Of a stretch of DNA of 64,000 nt, positions 53,168 through 64,000 are shown piece by piece. The first letter of the stretch is position 1, and each line of letters starts with the position of its first letter. Position numbers and translations under genes: made by a program. This DNA is from Eledone cirrhosa (lineage: Eukaryota), in NCBI GenBank assembly GCA_964016885.1, contig OZ024741.1, positions 364,932,001 to 364,996,000 on the forward strand, read 5' to 3'. Under the pieces are notes generated by a model, which did no database searches, had not been told where the DNA came from, and saw nothing but the letters and a program-made list of their open reading frames with translations.

Positions 53168-53697
53168 TTATAGACAGTGACTTTCTTTATCGAAAAGATT
53201 CAACTTCAGATTTTGGTTGGGCAGTTTTTGCTGGGGTAGTTATGTAAACATTGTTAATGAAACCAGTTCGAAAAAGAAATGTAAATAATTAACTAAGTCT
53301 AACTACAAGCCACCTTTTCTACCACTTGTATAACATCATCTTACTCCTCTCATCTATCCTCTTGCACTTAGGCCTTGCACAACCATCTATGCCCAGTTTT
53401 TCTTCCTCAAAACTTTGACCCTCTGGAATTCCTTCACGGCACATCCCTTTTCTACAGGAGTCAACTTCCAACAGTTTAAACAGAATATCAATTGGATCGA
53501 TCTCTTCGGTCTCAGAAGCTCTTTGAAAGCAATGGGCACTTCCCTTTTTTTTAACCCCCTCCGAAATAATAAATTAAATAATCAGAAAGAAATACGCCCC
53601 ATAGATCAGGATAATTATAAAGTGTAAGCAGAACCGAAGATGTAACATACCATAACTTGGACGTTGCCCTTTAACGTTATTAATTAGAATCCTTCTA

Positions 53698-53881
53698 TCT
53701 ATATACTACTAAAAGTCAGTGGTTGCTTGCTTATCTGTAATGTAATACAGCCAAAAACAGCGCATAATGGGAAAATACTTTGAAAGGATGTTTACCCTGA
53801 AATGGGGATAAAAATGGAATAAAACAAGTTTCACGTAAATTGAGTTCCCGAGATATGGCGTTTTTCCGGTTACCTTCATAA

Positions 53882-53928
<47 letters not shown>

Positions 53929-54306
53929 TTGTGAGAGAGTAGATTGAAAGAGAGACATAGAGAGAAGGAGATTGAGAAGGAAAATAGAACAGAGAGAGAG
54001 AGAGATAGAGCTGGTGTTGTGTATATATATATGTGAGTGTGTGTGTATATATGTGTGTGTGTGTCTATGAACTCTGTATATAGATCACAGACACCCACAT
54101 ATATACACACACATATATATATGTATACAAACACACACATTTATATATATACATACACCCGCGTATATATGAGCCTTCCAGTTTCATTTCACATTATATA
54201 CATGTCTGTGTATATTTTAATAATTTAAAAATTAATTTTTAAGTGAATATGAATAAAAAAAGATATTTTGAAATGAACGTGACCCAACGGGTCACGGGGG
54301 TCTATT
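53698..54306 (+). mobile_element. Non-autonomous Helitron-like repeat; related copy at ~60510-60950
   Basis: TC start, 3' hairpin gtgacccaacgggtcac followed by cta(t); shared gttcccgagata..ttttccgg.taccttcata block; second copy ends in CTAG-t. Confidence 0.6.
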
Positions 54307-56956
54307 ACATAATAAAAGTGCAGATCATTTTAGCGTCGGATTAAATACCCTGGTATTTTTTCTGGGTTTCTTGGATCTGAGTTCAAATATTGATGCGGTC
54401 AATTTTGCCTTTCATCCTTTCGGATTTGTGGAATCGTTAAGGAGTCGGACGTGATGCTCTGAAGTATTCCTGCTCTGTGCGTTCTGTGTTCAAATTCTAC
54501 GCCATGTTACTGGAAAACAATGACGCCCTTGCAAGAAATTACAAACAGCAGATAGTACACCAATTTCCCAGTACGCTGGCCTCCCGCAGGAAGTAAATAG
54601 CGTAAAACAAAACAAACGAATAACGACCATGAATATTATTAATTGGATGTTGAAATATAGACATGGCGTGTTGTACTCTGTGGCAAGTTGAAATGGCGAT
54701 TACAAAAAAGAATGCAGTAAAAAATAAAAAGTTTAAAACATAAACAAACAAATAGACACAAACGTAGATACCACTAGCCACCTTTGTGATTATATATTCC
54801 TTTTTCTGACAAACTGCGTTTAAAAGCCGAAACAACATGACTGCCGTTGGAAATAACCAATAAATACCTAATAAAGTGATCGACACTTAAAGCAGTAGTA
54901 AAAGATGGAAACATTGAAATAAAACAGAATATTATGTTCTGTACAGAGAAGGAGACAACAACAATAGGAATAAAAAACAACAACGCCAACAGCAAATTCT
55001 ACAGCAACAACAACAGCAACAACAATATCAACAGAAGCTTCAAAAACAGCAACGACAACAACAACAATAACAACAACAAAATAGTATTCCTCTTGAAAGC
55101 ATAAGAAACTCTATTTCTCTCAGGTATGATGCACGTAAATACACACACATACAAAAGCATACACTTGTTGTAAGACTTCCTCAACGTAGTTCTGAAGGAG
55201 CTTTAGCGTATCACACTGTGTATCAAACCTGGTCCTTTGAAATAGATACAGCTCCTTTTTAGCTGAGCTGTCTAGAGCAACGTGAAAGAATATGAGAATA
55301 TGAGAATATGCGTTGTTCAAGGACAGAATGCACAGCCAGGAATCGAACAATCTTAATACAAAATCACACAACTTCTCTATACATAAACATAAACACACAT
55401 GCACATGAAAACGAACCCTCACTGAATTAATACATATAAAGCAAATAGAATATATATATATATATATATATATTCTATTTGCTTTATATGTGTGTATATA
55501 TTTGTATATATATATATATATATATGAAACAAACAAAAGGATAAAAAGAAAAATAAAGACCAAAAAATGAAAAAGTTAAAATTCCGAAGAGAACAAACAT
55601 TGTTTCACAGATAATTCTCAAAGAGGAGAGAAATCGGTAAAAAAATCACAACCAAAACAAAATGGGATTGAAGATGAATCAAAACCAATCAACATTAATT
55701 GTGTGGATTTGAACGTCTGCTATTATTATAGACTTCCATTATCGTTACTGTTCACCGTTGATGATTTGAGCAAAAACAACGCCCAGGTTATCGAAAGCAG
55801 ATTATGAATTTAACACGAGGAGAGACTGAAGCAGATATAATTCTATTTGTATCTATTCGTTTGCATGAGTTCCTAATTTATTCATGTATTCATTTATTTC
55901 ATGAATGGGCCGTTTATCGTTTCTCTATATCACACATACGGCGTAGTAGAGAAAACAATAGGAACTAAAGTCAAAATAATGGGGCAGATTGTTTCATATT
56001 TCATATGATTAGATCAGCTACATGATTCAATTCAGCAAGGGGAATTAAAATAGTTCACTCATTAACATCTATTTCTCACCTTCTATCATAATAGCATTCA
56101 CAACTTGAAAGTTCAAACGTTTTATCACTAATAAATTAGTTTCATCTCTTATAGACCAATTCACATCACTTTGTTCTCACTACGTGCTTCGTTGGAAAGC
56201 TCTTACCGAATGACTGGATCATTAAACTATTTATCGATATTCTAAGTTCTTGTAGACGGGAATCAGCTGATTGAGAAACTTTCATTCAAGTTGTACTTTA
56301 TTTCTGCTTTAATTGATATTCAGATCGATCGAAGAATATCGAAGTAGGTTACGTCACGTTTTAAAGAAGTAGGATAGATGATTTAATCAGCTAGCAGTCA
56401 CGCATATACAAGTTGGCTACCATCTTTAGATATTTCGCAACGAATGCGATGAATGAATTCCAATCTGGCGACACATTACACTGATATAAGAAGCTATTAT
56501 TGTTATTTTGTGTATCAGTTCAGCGCGGCTATAAACTAAACAGATTAATTTAAATCGATTTTCATTCTTTTTGCAACAGAAGTGAATTTTACTCGCGGAA
56601 TCATGTTTGAACGCTATTTTATTTTCTTACATAAACTTTTTGGTCTTTCTTTTAGAAAACAAAGGAAGCGCCATTGAAGCGATAGAGCGATATATCTTTT
56701 CTTGTTCACACATAAAGCGTCATTAGATACTGCCTCAATGTTTCTTCAATCTTAAATATTTCTTATCGTATGAAATTGTATTGGCTGAAGCAATCTAAAG
56801 TAAAATGAAATATTGTGTTTACAATAGATACTTCGTCAGTGGTTCAAATAGGAACGCCCATATAAACAATGATATATTATTTCTTTTTACAGGCATATGT
56901 AACTATTTTCTCCACTTAATCCAATGAGATCCCAACCTTTATGTACAAAAAATATA

Positions 56957-57132
56957 TACGATATTTCCCGGCGCTGAAGACGCTTCGTCCTCGAGGACGC
57001 ACCCTAATTTTGACAACCAAAAATTTGAAATAAAATAAAAAACAACCTTCGGCCTCCAGGACGCACGGTAGGTTTTTTTTAGAATTAATTTAGGAAGAAA
57101 AAAGTAGCGTCTTCGATGTCGGAAAATACGGT
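56957..57132. mobile_element. pogo/Tigger-like MITE
   Basis: tacgatatttcccggcgctgaagacgc / gcgtcttcgatgtcggaaaatacggt. Confidence 0.8.
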
Positions 57133-57399
57133 GTGTTAATATACAAATCGACTCAGAAGGCTGACACCCTTACATCTTCAAACAAGTGGGCCTTGGATTC
57201 CCATCAACTGGGAGCGAATTTTCTACATTGCTCCACTCGCACGCGGTCTCCTTAACACTTGTGCCGATTGAGGCGGCCTACCACTAACGACGTTATTCCA
57301 GCCTTTGGTCAGCACTCATTCCAAATGAGTCCGACCATGTTATCGTCAGTCCAAGCATGTTCCCGTAGTCCTCCACTTTTGATGAAGGTTCAAAATATT

Positions 57400-58800
57400 T
57401 TCACGACCACGTAAATACTAACTAATCGAAGCCGATATCTCAGCCGCAAACATAGTAATTGCCTTTGACGACACTGCCCTTCAGCCCACCAAAGGGGTTT
57501 TGACAACTCTTCAGTTGAAACCTAGTCAACCACCTCTGACAATTAATTCCACCCGACACTATGTCACCCGAGGGTCAAATTTTGTCTCTGCCATGAAGTC
57601 TTTTTCTGCTAGTAATAGCGGAGGTACTGGTGGTCTACGATCTGGTGACCTCAAACACTTGATATCTTTTCACATTGCTGGGATTGAGTGCCAGCTGCTT
57701 AGTGTGAGTGTAGTATTCACAAACAGCTTCATTCACGTTGGATCGGACTTCTATATCCGAAATCTTCACTTTTCGGCTAGCTTGACCTACGAAGACAGAT
57801 GGCTGCATAGGTTCTTTTGTTGTGAGCAATATCTTCAGGATGTTGATTCGCCAAAGTTATCTGTGTATTTGTCGTCTTTGAACTGGGCAAGGAACTAGTC
57901 ACGGCTTAACTTAGGGCTGGCGTCACTGGCGACTGTGTGGGCGTCCATCCACGCCATCAGGCAGTTCACCAATGACTACTCACCCGAACGGGCGTCGACA
58001 GATTATAGGAATCTCATCATCAATCTCGATATGAGAAATGTATATAACTATTTAAACCCTGACCACTTGCTGGAAGCTGCCTTCATTCATTCTCAATCAG
58101 TCTACCCAATGGCCGAATCATCACACGGATTTCTGCCGCAGATACTGTCATTTCATTCGCTATTGGCGTCTAGTAAAGTTATCCCTTAGACCACAACACA
58201 TTAGAGTCTACTATGAACAAATATCTTGAGGCAGAATAGAAGCCGATACGGCCTCCAGTCCTAACTCGCGGTCCACCAGTAAGCAACTGGAAAGCACCTG
58301 TCTGCGCATCAGTTTTTTCCTGAGGCACGGCCTCAGTATCTGGGAGCAACACAAATCCCACTGAGGACCAACGTTGAAAACTTTCGGCCTTCATCTACGC
58401 CATGCTACTCTCAACGAGATAACTAAGCATTTCATGAACGTCGATGGCTTCCCACCACAGCTCCAACTGCCGAGGTAAGACCGAGGGGACAACAGAAACG
58501 AAAAATGGTATTACAATCTCTCCGTTATGCAGTGGTAAATTGTCGTCTGTGACGTGACATACAGTGGCACTTTCTGGCTCTCAGCCGCAACCTCGTGAAT
58601 CGATAACAGACCGAGGTTTTGTTGAAATATTAGCAGCTTTCCGATAGATTTGTTGTTGGACTTATAACGGCGGAGATCTCTGGCTTCCTGGATCTCCGAA
58701 CCACCTATGCACTCGCTTCTATCGGGACGGAGTTGGCCACCTACATGAGTGAGCCTCGCGAGTTGGAATGGTTACATGAACGCGTCTTCCTCGTTATCAT
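57400..58800 (+). pseudogene. Degraded CRE-like non-LTR RT relic
   Basis: AMKSFSASNSGGTGGLRSGDLKHL; SIHAIRQF..NLDMRNVYN. Confidence 0.55.
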
Positions 58801-60597
58801 CCAAGGTAGCGTTTTCTCTCTTCTGTCCGCTGAGACCATGAGCAACAAACGCGTGGGGTTCTGCATGTCAAGGAAAGTTTCTTCCACATATTTCGCACAG
58901 ACATACACACACACATACACTCACGCACAAATAATGTTCTTCCACAATGTTTTCCATTGTGGTAGTGATGGCGGTGGTTTGTGTACTCTCTCTCTCACAC
59001 ACACACAGTTACACATGCACATACACAGACATACACACACATACACCCACACAAACCCAGACATTCACACACACTCTCTCACACAGATAAACACATACAC
59101 ACACCCTCTCACACACACATATATATATACACACGTACACTGACACACACACACTCACACACGTCTACATTTTCAAGAAAAAAATTATAAATCAGTAAAT
59201 CAGTAAATGGAATATAAGCTAGACACTGAAGACTACTTACATTTAGAAACCTTCATAAGTATTATTGCAATTGTGTTATTTTATGTATTTTCAATTCTTA
59301 TACAAATACCAAGTGTTGACCCCACAGTTCAATCGACCTCCTGGGTAGTGCTATCTATCATTGGTAGTCGATATCAACAACTTTGGGATCGCTGACGTAA
59401 TCAAACAATATATGGAGAATCATCTGTTAAAGCCAGCACGGAGACATTTGTCTGCAAACATTCTTCCAAATTGAATATCAGGAAAATCAGAAAATATATT
59501 TGTGCGATCTAGTCCTTTTCAACTGGTATTCAACATTAATTCTGCTACCTTACTAAACTACTATCGCCCAAGAGAGCTGGTCCCTTATTTTTACCTAAAG
59601 TCTAAAGTCTGTCTTAAGCCAGAAGACTCATTAGGCCAGTGCTTATCCCGGTTTCATGGCGTGAAGCAACTGAGAGTACAAGACTATTGCTGGTACTCAT
59701 TTTCAGCTGAGTATACTGCAGCAACGTGAAATGTAGTGTTTGGCTAAAGAGGACAACCCAGCCCAGGAATCGAACCCACCGCACTATGAACGTAATTCCA
59801 ACACCCTTACCACCAGACCACACGCCTATACTATATCATATTATTTCTACCAGCAATCATCAAACTAACTTTAAATTGCTTTAAAGCAAAATCTTTACGT
59901 TGACTCATAGATGTACTTCCAACAAACTAAATATGGGCTAATGTTTCTACTTTTGGCACAAGGCCAGCAATTATCCCAGTGTATTACTGGTGCTTTATTT
60001 TATCGACCCCGTAAGGATGAAAGGCAAAGTTAACCTCGGCGGGATTTGAACTCAGGCCATAAAGGGCCGTAACTCTGTGCTGCAAAGCATAGCGCCCGAT
60101 CCTCTATCAATACTGCCTTGATAATAAAAAAGGGAGAGGGTCAAATAACTATAAATAACAGCTGAGAAAATCTGGTAACTCTTGGAGATGGAAATAACGG
60201 GTTTACACCTACAGGATTGTACTGACGCTCCGTCGGTTACAACGAGTGTTCCAGTTGATCCGATCAACGGAATAGTCTGCTCGTCAAATTAACGTGCAAG
60301 TGATTAAGCATCCCACAAACACGTGTACCCTTAACGTAGTTCTCAGGGAGATTCAGCGTGAAACAGAATGTGATAAGGTTAGCCCTTCGAATTACAGGTA
60401 CAACTCATTTTTGCCAGCTGAGCGGACTGGAGTAACGTGAAATAAGTGCCTTACGATTGTGAGCCGCTACCCTAACCACAAAACCACACACCTTCAGCTA
60501 CAGGCGTACTCTATATAGTACTTAAACCCTGTAATTGTGTGATTTCGGAGCACGGGTTCCCGAGATACTGGGTTTTTCCGGGTACCTTCATACATAC

Positions 60598-60634
<37 letters not shown>

Positions 60635-61162
60635 AAGACAGAAAGAGACAGTGGTTCTGAGAGAGTAGATTGAAAGAGAGTCATAGAGAGATGGAGAGGA
60701 GACAGAGAAGTAAAATGGAAGAGTGAGAGAGAGCGAGAGAGAGAAATAGAGAGAGAGCTGGTGGTGTTGTTGAATGAAAGTATACACACACACACATATA
60801 TATATATATATGTATGCACATACACACACATAAATATATGGGCCTTCCAATTTCATTTTACATTATATACATATCTGTCTATATTTTAATTATTTAAAAA
60901 TTATTTTTAAGTGAACATGGTTAAAAAAAATTTGTCTAGTATGGTCTAGTATCTTATAAAAAGGACGAAGCTTTGGCCAACGGTTCTTTAGTGTGTTCTT
61001 TAACATAGTCGTCTTGCATTAAACAGATGCGGGGTTCGATTACTTACCGACGCGTCCCTCCTCTCTCAAGGTAATAATTCCCGATTTTCTCAACTATTAT
61101 TTATGGTGATCAACCATTCTATTCCCAAATCTTCTTAAGTCAACGGTTATTCATATACACAC

Positions 61163-61216
<54 letters not shown>

Positions 61217-61248
61217 TATATATATATATATATTTATATTTTGCATAG

Positions 61249-61290
<42 letters not shown>

Positions 61291-62906
61291 GGTGTCGACG
61301 AAATCGAGGCGGTCGGCACCTTACTGGAGGAGTACGAAAAGTTCACAGGGGCTAAGCTGAACCGGGACAAGTCGATCGGTTTGCAACTCGGCACGTGGAG
61401 GGGCAGACCGATGCCCTCCGATAGCGTCGTCGGACGCTGGACGGAGGGCCCGGTGAAGTTGCTCGGGGTCTGGTTCGGACCGGACCTCCAGGTGGAGAAA
61501 AACTGGGCGGAGGTTACGAACAGGGTGTTTGCACTGACCCAGAAGTGGGCCAGTTGCAAACTATCCCTGAAAGGTCGGGCGGAGGTGGCGAACACCTACA
61601 TAGCGTCCGTCATCTACTACCGCCTGACCGTAGTGCCCTGCCCAAGGGAAACCCTCACCAAGATGGAGCGCGCACTCTTCCAATTCCTTTGGAAGAGGCG
61701 GGCTCCTATGGTGAGGAGATCCATCTGCTGTCAACACCCTTCGAAAGGAGGGCTGGGGATGCCGTGGCTAATGATGCGTAAACACGCATTAAGGCTACGG
61801 CACCTCTACGTATTCCTCACCGGACAACCGGTGTGGGCCTCGTTTGTGAGACGAACCTTTCCCAGACTCGTCTCACTCACCGAGCTGCAATCCTGGGTCA
61901 AGCAAAGACCGAGAAAACTGGGCGCCTGGCACACTGAGTGTGCCCAGGCGCTCACCGCCCTCTGGCAGGCGGATCCGGTTATCAGTGGAGACTCCACCGC
62001 AACATTCTATAGAGGGCTGGTACGCAGCAGGTGCGACGACGCCCTCGGAGAAGCCCTAGACATGGAGGAGGACGAACTGGCCAGCCTGTTCGGTAGGACA
62101 TTCAGCCCGGGACCTATGGACAACTTCCAGAAGTCCCTGGCCTGGCAGTGCTACCGAGGGGCTTTACCCGTTCGAGAAAGGCTCTACAGACACGGGCGCC
62201 CGGGTAGGGACCCCGCCAAAAAGATCTGTCCCAGATGCGTGTGCGACGAGGAAACCGTTGCACACGCATTAGTACACTGCTCGGGCGTAGCCGATCTGTG
62301 GGGCTATGTCGAACAACTGCTGTCAAGGGTGGGACCGATCCGGTTGACCACCGAGTCTATTGTAATGATCAAGCCGCCTCCCCCCTTCAAAGATGAAGCA
62401 GAGGCGGTGTTTCTGTGCGTAATAGCCATGGCGAAAGAGGTTGTATGGTGGACGCGTCTGAAAGGACTGAGGTCGGGCACCTTTCTCTCTGGCCAACAAC
62501 TGGTCCGTTTCTTCCGATATCATTTCGGAAGAAGGATCAGGATGGAGAGAGAGGTGCTGCACCCCAGCCGTTTCTATGAAAGATGGGTGAAAGTGGCGAG
62601 AATGGCCCGTGTGAATGGGCCTTCACTCTACATCAGACTATAGGTGAGGAAGATGAAAGACCAAGGGAGCACCCCTTCTCTGTGCTCCTGAGGAGTAGGG
62701 TTGCACACTTTTTTCGGGGGTGTGTGCGACCCCCCAAGGCGCCTCCTCTCTATTCAGGATTTTGTTAAAAATTTTATTTTTTGTTATATCTTATTTTATT
62801 TTTATATTTTGTTATTGCCTTCTCCTTATTGAGGACGCCTTTTTGTGTAAACTCCCCCCTTTGTACTTGTCCCACTTTTGATGCCCTAGTGGCAAATAAA
62901 AGAAAT
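61291..62906 (+). mobile_element. 5'-truncated Tx1/L1-clade retrotransposon; open ORF2 C-terminus to stop at 62643; inserted in (TATC)n
   Basis: LGVWFG, LSLKGRAEV, GGLGMP, CPRC..ETVAHALVHC; aataaa near the 3' end; GC-rich. Confidence 0.93.
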
Positions 62907-62907
62907 A

Positions 62908-63004
<97 letters not shown>

Positions 63005-63005
<1 letters not shown>

Positions 63006-64000
63006 CGCTAGTGAGGAAGGACGAGAACAAGGGGGACGAAATAAGTAACTTCAGGCCCATAACACTGCTAAATACAGAGTTACAGATTTTGGCCAAGGTG
63101 CTAGCAAAGAGGTTGGCGCTTGTCGTGGGCAACCTGGTGGGAGATGCGCAGACATGCGCTATCCCGTCCAGGTCCATCCATGACAACCTCCACCTCATGC
63201 GATACATCATAGAGAGGGTTGGGAACGAACCCGGCTTTGGTGGGGCTCTGATCAACTTGGATCAATCTAAGGCGTTCGATAGGGTCGACCATGGTTACCT
63301 GGATGCGGTGCTAGCGGCGGCAGGCTTCGGACCCGTTTTCAGGGGCTGGATCACTGCTATGCACAGCAGCCGCATCTGCTCTAGGGTCAAGGTGAACGGC
63401 TACCTCTCGGAGCCGTTCAAAATCGCGCGGTCCATCCGACAAGGGTGCCCTCTCTCCTCCCTTCTGTATGTATTGACTCTCGAGCCACTACTGCGGAAGT
63501 TGGAGTTGTTGCAGGGCATCCCTTTGGAACCGGGATTGCGGAAAGCGGTGTCGGCCTACGCCGATGACGTGACAGTAATGGTGTCGACGGCCTCCGAAAT
63601 CGAGGCGGTCGGCACCTTACTGGAGGAGTACGAAAAGTTCACAGGGGCTAAGCTGAACCGGGACAAGTCGATCGGTTTGCAACTCGGCACGTGGAGGGGC
63701 AGACCGATGCCCTCCGATAGCGTCGTCGGACGCTGGACGGAGGGCCCGGTGAAGTTGCTCGGGGTCTGGTTCGGACCGGACCTCCAGGTGGAGAAAAACT
63801 GGGCGGAGGTTACGAACAGAGTGTTTGCACTGACCCAGAAGTGGGCCAGTTGCAAACTATCCCTGAAAGGTCGGGCGGAGGTGGCGAACACCTACATAGC
63901 GTCCGTCATCTACTACCGCCTGACCGTAGTGCCCTGCCCAAGGGAAACCCTCACCAAGATGGAGCGCGCGCTCTTCCAATTCCTTTGGAAGAGGCGGGCT
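63005..64000 (+). mobile_element. Second 5'-truncated Tx1 copy; open RT frame, runs off the window
   Basis: NFRPITLLN, LDQSKAFDRVDH, RQGCPLS, AYADD; nearly identical to the first copy over ~400 bp. Confidence 0.95.

Noticed and set aside
55600-56930. Unique non-repetitive stretch as an exon or promoter
   Set aside because: No ORF or motif I can support without transcript or conservation data

Overview
AT-rich eukaryotic intergenic or intronic DNA, densely filled with microsatellites and transposon relics. The SINE families and repeat landscape suggest a coleoid cephalopod such as Octopus (inference, not checked). I see no intact host gene, and almost all listed ORFs are microsatellite translations. 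Recognisable elements: a near-full-length but disrupted R4/Dong-clade retrotransposon (31121-35317, -); two young Tx1/L1-clade copies in a (TATC)n tract; RTE, CRE and CR1-like fragments; Penelope-like elements (PLEs), one of them Naiad-type; a Helitron; several DNA-transposon MITEs; many SINEs; and an unexplained 8.7 x 617 bp tandem array with higher-order structure. The most striking signal is non-coding. There are at least nine canonical minimal type I hammerhead ribozyme motifs in PLE-like repeats. There are also four copies of what looks like a hammerhead with a non-canonical, pseudoknotted strand order and a kink-turn in stem III, supported by covariation. All RNA structures were paired by eye, and no activity is demonstrated.
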